This document shows, one piece after another, positions 49,601-62,723 of a stretch of DNA of 64,000 nt. The translations under genes were made by a program, and so were the position numbers. Each line of letters opens with the position of its first letter. The stretch's first letter is position 1. Where the stretch lies: positions 2,497,181 through 2,561,180 of the forward strand of contig NW_003314265.1 of the NCBI RefSeq assembly GCF_000143415.4. Reading direction: 5' to 3'. The stretch is from Selaginella moellendorffii. Taxonomy: Eukaryota; Plantae; Lycopodiophyta. The notes under the pieces are model-generated. The model had not been told where the DNA came from. It was given only the letters and a program-made list of their open reading frames with translations, and searched no databases.

Positions 49601-50389
49601 TCTTACCTCTGCATCATCCACGACAAAATGGACGAGAAAAAGACGTGCTTACCTCGACTCAATCCTGCCCCCAAGGCAATCTCTTCATCCATGCAGCTGC
49701 CTGTGTCTCTGTTTGGCATAATCGCTCATGGGCATGGTGCCCAGAACTATGGGAACTTCTTTGTACCTCTATGGGGTGGCGGGGGTGCAAACATGATGAT
49801 TGCGTCCCTAGCAAAACACTTAAGGTCTCTGCAAAGTGCGCAGACTGAGCTGAACGGCCAACCCTTGCATAAGGCCCTTGTCGATCGAACCCCATACAGG
49901 GTTCAGCTGGAGGAGGAGCAAAGGCTTGCAGTATCGCGTGGGGCCCCATGCCATCCCAATGAATATGTTGGCCGTCAGATTGTAGGGTTATCACGTGAGG
50001 CCTCATGCCATTCCGACGAGGCTGGTCGCCCGGTGAATGCACAGCCTCATCCAAACGAAGCAGAATCTCAAGGAAGTTCTTGCGGCCGATGTGGCCTTCC
50101 ACCCCATCTTCTGCTCCAAACAGACAATGCGGGCAGTGAGAACAAAAACATGTACGTCTTCGCGTACTTGGCGATGCTTGTTGCCAAAGGCATATTTGAA
50201 ACGGTTACACTTGGCTTTCTCATGGTTGGGCACACTCATGAAGACGTCGATGCCATGTTCAGTCACCTGGCAGAGTCCCTCCAGCGATCCAATGTCCTCA
50301 CCCTCCCACAACTCTACGATGAATTCCAAAATTGCATCAAAGGCATTGTTGAAGCTACACTTGTGACAGAGGTTCCAGACTTTAAGGGG
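46659..50389 (+). mobile_element. Sola-like transposon copy B (inverted relative to A, truncated in the transposase); probably continuous with 42387-46658
   Basis: Reverse complement of 38634-42386. Transposase 48190-50389 has a TAA at 48718 and the same G6 frameshift (49302-49307). Confidence 0.9.
46862..46894 (-). repeat. Telomere repeat (CCCTAAA)4 in copy B
   Basis: Directly visible. Confidence 0.97.
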
Positions 50390-53300
50390 GTGGGGCAGAA
50401 CTTGGTGGCAGAAATGAGGCACTTGGTGCTATAGGTGGTGGGGCAGATCTTGGTGGTGGAAATGGCGGACATGCTACTACTCCTGAAGGTCACAGAAATG
50501 AGGTGGTAACTATGCTAGAGGCCAACACAATCTTGAATGAGCAAGTATGCAAAACTATTGTCTAGGCTCAAGAACGAATTATCAGTAGGGTGTTAGGTGA
50601 AATGGCTTGGAAAGGATCCCAATATCTTCATATTCCACTTTGCCATCTTAAGCAGAGTCACTGGGTATGTTTAGCCTATGACATTAACATGGTTATTTAT
50701 ACCTCTTTCACAGATGTTGGATTCGGGCACACTGCTGGATCATTTATTGTGTCGTCATCAATCCCTAGAACAAATTGCATAGACATGTTTACTCCCGAGA
50801 TCAAGCAGACTTGGGATCAAATATGGCAAAGGAAATCTCAGGAGTTTGATACTTTGATGGCATGCCACAAGGAGATACAAGCTTTTGTAGGCCGGATGTT
50901 CTTCATTATTGATAGAAACCACTGGTGGTTAGCATTTTGGAGGTGTATCCAAGAGAAGTTCCAAGATGATGATGAGCAACATATTTGTGTTCCAGTGACA
51001 CTTGTGGAGCCACAGGATTGAAACTAAGCTGTGAGGCTCAACTTGGCATGTCACAAGATCAACATATAAGAATCTTTTATTAGTAACCTTTGTTCTCACC
51101 AACTATGTTACAGGCTTAATCAATTTGCTTTCCAAGCATATACCTTGGTCCATGATATCGAGCACTTTTGATATGTTGGCATGCTTTCTCTCAAGGAAAT
51201 CCAAATGCTGTATAGTCGTGAGTTTATGGAAGCTGTTCAAGCAAAGCTTGTAGCACGTAAAAGCCAAGAGTTGCTTATTTGGTATCAGGTGCCTATGGAT
51301 TTTTTGGTTGTGGTCTGGGCAAAGGTAACCTTTTCTTGCATGAACTTGTGTTTTCTACTCACAAGTTTTCCTTTTAGCCAATTGTCAAGGTGGAGCAAAA
51401 CTCATATTTGAAGATTACGCAAGTGACAGATGAGGTGCAAAAGAACCTTGAACTACGACAAATTGAGCAATGCATTTTGAACTCGAAAAAATCAAAAGTG
51501 AAGAAGCTACTTGCATTTGACGTGATAAAGATTGGCTGGATTGCATTGCAGAGATATACTCTCGTGGTAGTAAGTTAGTCCTTTTTATCTTTCTCATTCC
51601 ACTTTGAAATCCTTGTCCTTGCAAGAAATGGTAAATCACCTAAAGAATTGATCTATAACATCACAAAAAGCAAGCTCTCGTTCAACAAACAAACCTCTTG
51701 CTTGGAGCTCCTCAACACTTGGAACAATGATAAGAGGTTGGAGAGCAAACTTGAGAATGTGATGAAGGAGAAGCTCTATATCACTCAGAGTATTGCGGCT
51801 ACTAAGGTGCCACTTCAAGCATGGGATACGAAGTTCCTTATTAGTGCCCGCATCAGGATAACACTTCCAGAATATGTCCGAGCTTCCCTTCAAGAGCTTG
51901 GGGATGGATGGCTTCCTGATGGCAACTCAAGCTCCATGGATTTCAAGAACCAGCCGAGCTAACCATTTTTCTCGCGCTGCATAGCATATAGGTATTTTGC
52001 AAGAACTTGACTTGCTTATTTAATCATGGCTCTTTTGTAGGTATTTAAATTATTGCCCAGATGCTCCAGTGTACACAACAAGTGTTTTTCTCAAGCTCTT
52101 AACTGGTGGGAAGAAACTTGGCATGTATGAGCCAGAGTTCTATTATCCCACTGCGCGGGAGCGAGAACTGTGTCCATGGTACTTGGAGTTGTGGAGGCAA
52201 ATGCCATCGTCACATTTTGAGCTTGATCTCTACATTGAGTGTCATCCAGGTTTGATGAGTAAAACTTCCTAGCAATAACTTATGTTTCTACTTTATTGTA
52301 GAAGCACTTTTGGAGGGAGTGGAGATGCCTTAGGACAGGGACAAGATTCATATTGAGTAGACCAAAGACAGACAAGTGGAGAACCCGGCTGAAAACTTCC
52401 CAGCCCCATCTTATCCTACAGGAGTTGCTTATTCCCTAGATCCTACTACTGCTACTTGTCTAGCCCCAACTACTCAAAATGTACGAAGGCAGCTCCATAG
52501 TGAGGGCGTCCAAGAGAGTAAGAACTTGATTTCCAATGACCTTGCTTATTGTAATTTGACTGTAGATGTCAGAGAAACCAGCCAACACTTTATACGCCGA
52601 CATACAAATGTGTTCTTTCCATCCCTCCCCACTTCTACAGAGGATGATCTCCAAGAGTTATCTTCATCAGCTTCATATAAATAGGTATGAAAAAAAACAT
52701 GTATTAACTTTAATATTTCCTAGTTTTGAACACTATTCAGGTTCACCCTCTTTCTCTTACGGGAAGTGTTGGCAACGTGGAAATAATTATTGAGGACTAC
52801 TTTCAGCTTTCCAACAATGTGAGCCAAGAGTTTTTAATATTCCATTGATGGATGTGAGGATTGGGAATGAACAATACTTTCGGCATCAACCTTGCGTTCT
52901 TCGACTTTCCTAATGGGTTACCACCTTTACAAGGCAACACTCCATTCTGGAACATCCTTTGACCAAACCATATTTCTCAAGCAATGGATGTGGCATCCAA
53001 GGTGTTGCGATATGAGGGCATTATGCTAGTCATTCTTCCTTGTTCTTTATTTTGAGGAGGTCTACTTGCAACGATGGCAGAGAATGATGACTCTAGATTG
53101 GTTGAGTTTGCATCAGGCTACCTACTCTCAAACATCCCAGTCGAAACGAAAGGAGTAGAGGGCTGAATTCAAAAGGTTTGCATTTCTTTATTTTTCATCT
53201 CTTAAATTAACTGCCTCTTTTCATTGTAGGTTTTAGCATGGAACTACCATGCTCTTTGCCACTACTCTTGCCATCACAATATTACACGAGCTGATGAGCA

Positions 53301-53580
53301 TGCAGGTTTGGCATTGCTAGGATATGATAGCTCAACAGGTATCATCCCGAATGTTATTGACGAGGACCATCATATAGAATTCCCTGGCTATTGACACCGT
53401 TCACCAAAGGCCATGCAAATCCTCCTAGAGTTGTTTTGTCCTCCTAAGGGGATTGTGTTTGATGTTATAGCAAGTTTTGGTTCGATGGTGCTAGCGGCTA
53501 AAGAGACTGGCCATGCAGTTTTTGCACTAGAGAAAGAGAGTGCATTTGAAAGTGTTCTTAGGACATTTCATAACAGGTGA
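50390..53580 (+). pseudogene. ParB-like + amino-MTase-like gene, copy 2 (5' truncated)
   Basis: MFFIIDRNHWWLAFW; LAFFDFPNGLP (about 52890-52925); RSPKAMQILLELFCPPKGIVFDVIASFGSMVLAAKETGHAVFALE (53398-53530). Intron positions match copy 1. Confidence 0.75.
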
Positions 53581-54249
53581 TAATAAAGTATAAATTTCTC
53601 ATTATAGTAATTCCATCATGGTTGTGTATATTAGGTGGATCGATGATGTGGGTTATAATTTGCCATATTATGCAGAAGCAATGGCACAAGCTCATATACA
53701 ACAAGAGCCTATATTTGAGAGCATAATACTATATGAACTCCTTCTTTTGTGGATGTGGATGCTGAAGTTTAGTTTTTTTTTTAGTCAAATTTTTTAGTGG
53801 TAATATAGAGTTTCTTTTTTGATTTATGACATTTATTTTCTTATTAGACTTATATTATTTAGCTTTTTCTTGGACTGAAAATATGTCTTAAGTTTTGAAT
53901 AGAATTGTTGGTTCATCCCGAACCAATCATTTAAACATCAACTTTTGTATTTGGTGGACTATATTGACTTTCATTGACTGAGCTTAGCTCGTGAACTCAG
54001 CTCAAAAACTACTTAGCCCCCATAGTGTCTATAGTTCATTGTGGTGGGCATTTAGATTGCATAGATGAAGCATGCAATCAAGATTGTTATAGAAATTCTA
54101 TATTTTTCAAAGGGTTTGCAATCAATCCTTTTACTTGTGACACCATTGTTGTTAGATTCAAGTATTGATTTTGCAAAATTGTTCTTTTATATCATGCTAT
54201 TTATAAAGCCAAGATGTACTATTTTCTTCCGAGTGGCTAGAAGAGCTAT

Positions 54250-54800
54250 AGTGCATGTTAACACACATATGCATCTAATGTAGGAAGGGATACAAAAGAG
54301 TTTTTTTAACCGTTTCAAAAATGTTGTGTAGGAAGAGATTGTGAGAAACTCATTTACAACTTTAAAGCATGTTTAGAAAACCGTCCCCAAGGATTTTATT
54401 GCAAACACCTTACTCAATCTGAGTTACCAAAAGACTTAACTAAATGAGGCTAGCTTGCAAGACTTATTACGAGGAGTACAACCTTCTACTAGTCTAAGGA
54501 GGTACGTTTGCTATATTTTATATGTTATAATATCTTTTTTTTACATTATAATATTTAGGATAAAATCTTGGATGTGTGAATCTCAAGAGCGAAAGTTGCA
54601 ATAAAAACTTGACTCCATCCTTGAACTGAAATAGACTTGTCTATATGAGTTCATCCACAAAAGTTAGCCCATATCAAATTTGATAGACAAGTTTTGTATA
54701 GACTCAAGTTCCTTTTCCCTGCCTCAAAAGAAGGCTAACTCCGATGCTTACTTTCAGAGATATTCATAGTTGGGGTGTATATGAGGATGGGGAAGTGGTG
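54250..54800 (+). pseudogene. Degraded fragment of the same MULE transposase as 18902-21346
   Basis: GTGAGAAACTCAT...AAGGATTTTATTGCAAACAC...GGATAAAATCTTGGATGTGTGAATCTC aligns to the reverse complement of about 20900-21300, including the intron. Confidence 0.75.
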
Positions 54801-55876
54801 TTTGCATAACCGAGGCAATGTAAAGTGTTGGACACACCTAGGAAATTTACTCGAGATGTCAATATTAAAGTTCCAAATTGTGATAGTCATGTTGGTAGAG
54901 GTTGAGACTACTCTAGAATGAGTAGTAAAATTGAAATAGCAAAGGTGTCTCTAACAAATTTAGCAAAAACTAAACAAAAAAAGGGGGAAAGGATTATCAC
55001 ATATGATCAAATGAGTCTCTAAGTTGGAGAGATTATGCTCCTTAGAGGATGGGCAAGGCATGGTGAGTTTTTGGTGTTGAACCATTGACAAATACAAGCT
55101 TGGTGCTAAAGATGAAAATAGTAATCCTGATAGGGTTACTTTATAAAATGATTAATTATTTGATGAGGACATTGAGCTTTATCCATGGGTGGTGGAATTG
55201 TGAAACATAGATCTCTAAGCCCCAAAGTGGAGATGAAAGGGTGCCACATGGTAGTGGTCGAAGTGGAAGTCCAATAAGTATAACATGCTTAAACTAAAGG
55301 CTCTGACTTGGAAAGTAGAGAGTGGGATTGAAATTCCAAACAAAGTGCTTGAGGAATAAATACGAAGTAATCAGTGAATGAGTCTCTAAAAAGCAACACA
55401 AGAAGGACTAACATATGGAAGTGTTGGGATCAAATTTGAGAAGGAGTTCGAGATGGATTCTGAGAAGGAGTCCAAGAAAGAATTCGAGATGGAGTCCAAG
55501 AAGGAATCCAAGATGGAGTCCTAGGATGACCACTCATGAATGGAGAGCCTAATCTTTCAAAGACGAGACTATGGCATAAGTGGTCTTGGATTACCAATAA
55601 CACAAGGGTAAATAGACATGGGTTTACCATAATAGGCCGATAGGTCAATAGTACCTTTGGGGTGTTTATCATAAGATTAGACATGTGGAGCACTTGGACT
55701 AAGTGCAAAGGATAAGTGGCATAAATGCCATTTACGGGGTTAGCATGTCCCTAACTCCGAAATAGGACTTATGGAGGTTGTGAGTAAGACTCTTTCAAGT
55801 GGTCAAAGGTGTGATTAAGTAATTAAAATAAAATGGAAAATTTACGCATTTACACTCGGCCCCCTAAGCAGCCAAA

Positions 55877-57676
55877 ATGCTCATGCATGAGGTGGAGTTC
55901 AGGCCTACTTGATATTTTTCCTTTTTCTCTTTGATTGTTTGATTTTTTTATTATCTTGTTTAGTTTGACTAAAAAAATTTCTTCGCTTGTAGAAAAAGAA
56001 AATAGTACTACCTAATAAGAATGTTAGAGCCAAGAAAATACGAGAAGCTGAATTTTAGTACTGATGAAGATATTACAATCGACATATCCATTGACACATC
56101 AACAGAAATACAATTGCTTAAAGATCCTCCACCTTTACCACCATCACCTCCACTAGCACCACCTCCACCACTGCCATCCCCACCTCCACCACCGCCACAA
56201 TTGCCACCGCCACCGCCACCGCCACCGCCACCACCACCACCACCATCACCACCGCCACCTCCACCTTTAGTCCTCACTGGCCCACCACCAGCATAAATCC
56301 CTGAAGTTGGGCAATCTAGCGGTGTTCACAATAGGGAACTTGAGGAATAGCCTAGAGCTGAAAGAGTTGTAGAGCTTCCTAACAACGTGGTGGATAAACA
56401 CTTTCAAAAGACTATTATGTGGACAAGGGAAAAAGTAGTTCACCAAACACTAGAGGCGCCCAAGTGGTCAACCCTTTGTGACTTGATAAGAGAAATCCCC
56501 CTTTGCAGTTTGCAGTAGACGAATCTTGTGTGCACAGCATCCAAGTATATCAACCAAGACATATACAGTTTGTTCAAATAAAATGGTCCCACTACAAATA
56601 TCGATATGTTTCTAATCTCTTTTTGCAAGTTAGGAACAATGAAAATCATTACTGTCATATTGAAGATTGTAAATAGCTATGATCCTATTTGGAGGAGGAA
56701 GTCCCTAGAATTTGGTAACATGCTTATCAGAAATTTTGAAACTCGACAGATTGTGAGGATAATGTTCCAAATTATTGACAGTAACCACTGATATGAGGCT
56801 TGGATGAAGTGTATCGACAATTATTTTTGTGATGATCCCATCTATCATATCAACATTTTAGTTGGCCATGTCTATATTGAGGAGTCGCGCGAGTAACGGA
56901 GGGATCTTGCGTGAATAAGTCAGTGACCCCTCCATCTTTCTCCAGTTCAACTATTGGTGCCAAAAGATATAAAGGCCTTTGCTCTTAGTTATGAACTTTA
57001 TTCTCTTTGACTTTCCAAATTGTCTTTTAGATATTGATGGGAAAGTCAAGGATTGGAACTTTCTCACACTAGACCACATATGTGATGAATTCCTTTTATC
57101 CAAGCACTTATGCTCAAAGTTGGCTATGTCATCTTCATCTTATTGAATGACCCCAACTAAATGTATGAGCTTATGATATATGCAGTAGAAGTTCATTTCA
57201 AGTCATTCTCTTCCAAGTGCATTATGGATCCTATTAGCATCAATACTAAAGGCATACAAGGGAAGTCTGAGAAGGTGAGTAGGTATTTCATATATTTATC
57301 TAATTTCTAAACATTCTTATTTTCTAGGTTATGGTGTAGACCTATTATGCCTTCTGCAAAAACACATATAACAAGTTTCGTGATAGCAAACATGCCTAGG
57401 TATGACAGTTCTAGTAACATCATACCTAACCTTATAGATGAGCAGATCCACAACACGTTTCCAAGGCATTGATTTCAAACTCCATCAGCAATGCAAATCT
57501 TACTTAAGCTCTATTACCCACTAGATGGTGTTGTGATTAATTGCACAACAGGTAGCGGTTCTATGGTGGAGGCAGCACGTGACTTTGGTAGCTTGGTGTT
57601 TGCTATTGAAGAACATCATTTCTTTAAATGCCAGCTTAGAGGATTTCGTGAGTTGCCTCTAATCTCAAGGAGGTAA
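55877..57676 (+). pseudogene. ParB-like + amino-MTase-like gene, copy 3 (central deletion)
   Basis: Poly-Pro N-terminus; MFQIIDSNH*YEAWMKC; FDFPN; MQILLKLYYPLDGVVINCTTGSGSMVEAARDFGSLVFAIEE. Start position uncertain. Confidence 0.7.
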
Positions 57677-58767
57677 ATTATGTTTATTAATATTTCAATA
57701 CATGTTTAGTTCTATTTTATAGATCACAGTCACCTAGAGTTTCTAGAATTTAATGCTTTGGAAGTCTCCCTGACTATGCAGAAGCCATGGCTCAACAAAT
57801 GCAAGGTGAATGTTCCCCACAATACCAATATATGAGGAAGTATAAAAGAAATTAATATGTTGATGATGAAGCAGAAGAAAGTTAATTGCATCCTTACATG
57901 AAATAAAAAACTTATTATATGTCAAATGTCTGTGAAAGTGTTAGATATTAGTGACAATGTCAAATATCAGTGACAGTATCAAATGTCAATGATAGTGTTA
58001 ATATCAAATATTATAATTGAAAATTATCATTCTCACCTGTCACCATCACTTTGTAGCACTTGTATGTTGCCATCTCCTTCTTCAACATCTTGTAAACAAT
58101 TGTATGTATGCTCTATTTCGTTAAAGTGGGATTTATTCAGTAAAATGGGACTAGGTACAAATTTTCAAGTATTTGAAAATGACGTGAAATTATATGTTTT
58201 TTGTCCAGGGGCTAGACATATCTGGGGCATGGTGACTAGCGCGGTGACTTTATGTCCAGACTGAGTCCATCTGGTTGTATAATAAATCTCATTGTCAAGG
58301 TGAACAAGCCGAATCTGAAGCTAAAGAAGAGCGATGGCATGCGCGCACACACTATTTGTTTGTTCATTGAGCGTGTGGTGAGCTTTCCAAGATGAACGTC
58401 ATTCCTATTAGCCAGACATATAACTTAATGGTGAGAACATTTAGATATTATTCAATGTTATCTTTTTCTAACGAATCTAATTGTGAAGGTGTAACAAGAG
58501 GCATTGCTAGTCTGGAGAAGTCATTTAACTCATTTGACCCTTAGTGTATTTTCATGAAACTAAATAACATTCATATTATTAAGGAATTTCTCTAGTACCT
58601 TTTTTTTACGACATAGAGGCTTGCATTTCTTTCAAAGGTGATTTAGTAAAAGGCCTGAGGGCACATGCCATTCTATTTCTCAGACCAGTATTAAGATATA
58701 CTAGTGCAAAGGGAAAAAGGTATTTGGTGATCAAGTAAATGGCATGAGGGCACACGCCATTATAAGC

Positions 58768-59025
58768 CTAAGTGCTAGTGGACACCTCCTTTTTGGTACT
58801 CTCAGCGGTACTATCATCCTTCTCCGGGTCAGTTGTTTTGCTTTGGATTGTTGTCTCTGACGTTACTGGGGCGTTCTCGATAGTTGTTAATGTTGCCGTT
58901 TGTTCAGAAAAATGATCACCTGGAGTATAGTACGGGGAGTTTGGAAGACTTATATATTCTACATCTTCACCTATCTCCTTCTCCGTCTCCTTTTCTGCCT
59001 CACTTACAGATTTTGTGCTTGCCAT
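58768..59025 (-). CDS. Small 85-aa cargo protein, copy C
   Basis: Near-identical to 37226-37483. Confidence 0.55.
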   Translation of the reverse strand: MASTKSVSEAEKETEKEIGEDVEYISLPNSPYYTPGDHFSEQTATLTTIENAPVTSETTIQSKTTDPEKDDSTAESTKKEVSTST

Positions 59026-62000
59026 GAGAATGCTCTTCACCCTAAAATATGGAGTTCGTTGTGTTATAAAAGGAAACCAACACACTCGCTGCAAGGGAAT
59101 GATGGTACATAAAGCACGTAAGCCCACAATATGGGTTTATGTGCCATTAATATGGGCCACACGCCATATTATTAGATTTATGCACGTGTGATTGGTAAAT
59201 GCATATGTCACATCATCTCAGGCCACATGCCATCACGCCTCCTCTGATTCAGATTCGGATTGTTCACCTTGAAATAAAATACATTAGAAACTTAGTAAAG
59301 GAATATTAATGAATCTCACCTTGAACCCGGGTTATGAATGCTCTTGCTGCATCTCTTGCATGGTCTGGCAAGGTGATGGTGGCACTCTACTTCCGCATCC
59401 AACCATGCACAACATTATCCACCGATATGCTCATGCTGGGATCCCTTGGATTCAGCACCCATCTCTTTTCTAGGCAATCCTTCGTATATCCGGAACTTGA
59501 CTTGAACCACTCCACAGTTACATTGAAGGAGTTAGTTTCCGCGTCCTCCTCTGCATCAGTGATGCAACGCCCCACCCATATCATTTGTTTTTTATTACTG
59601 GGTCTGACAAGCACGACCATTCCTTTGCAGACCTGTACTGGATTGAATGCTGAATCCGGCTTCTTGTTCCTCGGCCCACAATAGTGATCCTCAACATCGT
59701 TATCTGTCACTGCATTTCCAGAGGACATTGTTCCGCTACTATCTGGTGCTCTGGGTTCTGGCCAAAAGGACTCTTCCAATTCTTCATATACAACCGGCCC
59801 ATTTTGGATAGCAGATATAATCTTCTCCCAGTATTCGAGCAAAGGCTTGCACCTCTGAAAATAGGATTCTCCACCAAACACCAACCCCCTCTTCCAGAAG
59901 GCAATATGCTGTCTAATCCCGGCCACTATACTTTCCTGGTCTTTGAGTCCATCCGGGTGCATCGGCCGTGGGGAACCCTGAGGAATCATAGGTTCCCCAG
60001 TTATGGGATCTCTCTTGAAGAGTTCAATGCTGTCCACTGGCAGCCACACTGTGTCCCATTCTCTCATCTTGTACCTCATCACTGGAGCACCGTCACACAT
60101 GCTGAAATGAAACTGAAGAGGCTTGGAGTGGCCAATCAGCGTTTCGGATCCGTCCCTGATGTAGCCTCTTACAAACCCCTTAAAGTCTGGAACCTCTATC
60201 AGAAGTGCAGCTTCAACAGTGCCTTTGATGCAATTTTGGAATTCATCATAGAGTTGTGGGAGGGTGAGGACATTGGATCGCCGGAGGGACTCTGCCAGGT
60301 GACTGAACATGGCATCGACGTCTTCATGAGTGTGCCCAACCATGAGAAAGCCAAGTGTAACCGTTTCAAATATGCCTTTGGCAACAAGCATCGCCAAGTA
60401 CGCGAAGACGTACATGTTTTTGTTCTCACTGCCAGCATTGTCTGTTTGGAGCAGAAGATGGGGTGGAAGGCCACATCGGCCGCAAGAACTTCCTTGAGAT
60501 TCTGCTTCGTTTGGATGAGGCTGTGCATTCACCGGGCGACCAGCCTCGTCGGAATGGCATGAGGCCTCACGTGATAACCCTACAATCTGACGGCCAACAT
60601 ATTCACTGGGATGGCATGGGGCCCCACGCGATACTGCAAGCCTTTGCTCCTCCTCCAGTTGAACCCTGTATGGGGTTCAATCGACAAGGGCCTTATGCAA
60701 GGGTTGGCCGTTCAGCTCAGTCTGCGCACTTTGCAGAGACCTTAAGTGTTTTGCTAGGGACGCAATCATCATGTTTGCACCCCCGCCACCCCATAGAGGT
60801 ACAAAGAAGTTCCCATAGTTCTGGGCACCATGCCCATGAGCGATTATGCCAAACAAAGACACAGGCAGCTGCATGGATGAAGAGATTGCCTTGGGGGCAG
60901 GATTGAGTCGAGGTAAGCACGTCTTTTTCTCGTCCATTTTGTCGTGGATGATGCAGAGGTAAGAGTCAGGTCTCTCCATGGAGAGAATCCTGTTATGATA
61001 ATATGCAGTCCTGTAGCTTCTCTGCTCGATGTTGTGGTCGAGCCGCCTTCTAACCAACGTCTCTCGCTCTTGAGCGCTGCAAGAATTCTTCGACAAAGCC
61101 ATTTTGATAGCAGTGCACTCGTCACACTTTGAAAAGCTGGAGTACTTTCCTATACTCACATCCCTGAACCTGTTGCTCCACAATCTACTAAATCTAGATT
61201 GGCTCAGCTTCCTGTAGCCATTACTCTGGAGTTCCCGATTCACATCTTCCAATATGGCCCCCCTTGGTATACATGGAAGGGAGAACTCGTTGGGTGTCTC
61301 GTGTTCCATCTTCACAGAGGCGGGTTTTATGTGGTTGCTACTCGCTACATGTCTTGACAAACCTCTTGAAGATTGCCTCTCCATATACAACATGACCCCT
61401 GGTTTTGTGCGTACCGTCGTTCCCATGGACTGCCTGTTGAACCCTTTGTTCCTCGAACTCAGTTTTGATTCTGTAGAATGTGGTTCGAGGGACTCCATAA
61501 ATGATTCTCCATGCCTTCATGCAGACCAAACCCCTCTGGAAGACCATGCCCCCCACCTGATGTTCTGAAGCATCAACAGATGACCGTAATGCCTCATACA
61601 CAAAATTGCGAGCTGCCTTCCAGGACAATGTCTTGTATCTTGCTCTCTCCTCTTCAATAGCATCCCAATCAGCATGTTGACAGCACCTCCTCTTGCAACA
61701 AGCAACTGTCGAGACCATTCGAACCTCCATCGCCATTTTCTGCCTTTTCGGTTCGTTGCTCAGATCCCTTTGGCTGCGCTTTAGGAAGGTGTACTTTCTT
61801 TTCCCATGAAGAGATGTTCTGTCATCAGTTGTAGTGGTGTTTGATTGTGAATCCTTCACATTCTCAAACACTAAGTGCCTTAATTTCCACCGCACAATGC
61901 GTCCACTAGTCAGATTGTTTTCTTCTGTGTCAACAACCTCTAAAATCGCAACTCCAATATCATCCCAGCCCAATTCTTGATTAGCAACCGCATCTCTTGG

Positions 62001-62597
62001 ATCGACAACTGTGGCTAAGCCCTCAGCTACCACCTCCCCCTCGGGGTTGTTTAGAAACACCTTTGCCTGAATCCATGTAGCACGGTTCTTAAGATCCACG
62101 GAGGGAACATGCGTCGCACTTGCGCTGTCCCCAACATCTGCTTTCTTCTGAAGATTTTTCAAGGCAACAACAACATTTACCCCGACGACCATCTCTCCTC
62201 GTTCAATAGCGACCACATTCCCATCGAAGACAGTCTCTACTGATACAGCAGCATTGCCTTCCCCAAGCCTTTGACAGTGTATAACAAAGTTCCGATCCAT
62301 AGACACAAGGGTCCCTTTTGCAACTCTCTTCCCACCATTCAAAATGTAAACCTTTTCCCCAACCCTGAAGGCCATTCTGAAAGTGCAAAAAAGAAGTTAA
62401 GACCATACAAAAAATGATTGGAGAATGGCCTAAATCATAACATACCAAACAACCTCAATAGCATGAGGCCACATGCCATTATTCAAACATGCTATTGACA
62501 CCCACGTGAAATTTCGCATTCACAAAATTGGCATGAGGCCTCATGCCATCTTGATATACACACAGCTGCAGGCAAGTAAAAACATACATGACAATAC

Positions 62598-62723
62598 GCT
62601 AGCCTGTTGCTATATTCGAATTGCCTTGCTGCAACTGTATATGTTTTTGTGTGCGTGACTAGTCACCCATACAAAAATATATACAGTTGCAGCAAGGCAA
62701 AAGGAATATGGCAATAGGCTAGC
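62598..62723 (+). other. 126-bp near-perfect fold-back (miRNA-precursor-like or MITE-like)
   Basis: Arms of 63 bp centred on GTGACT|AGTCAC; four G:U-compatible differences and four true mismatches. Confidence 0.85.
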
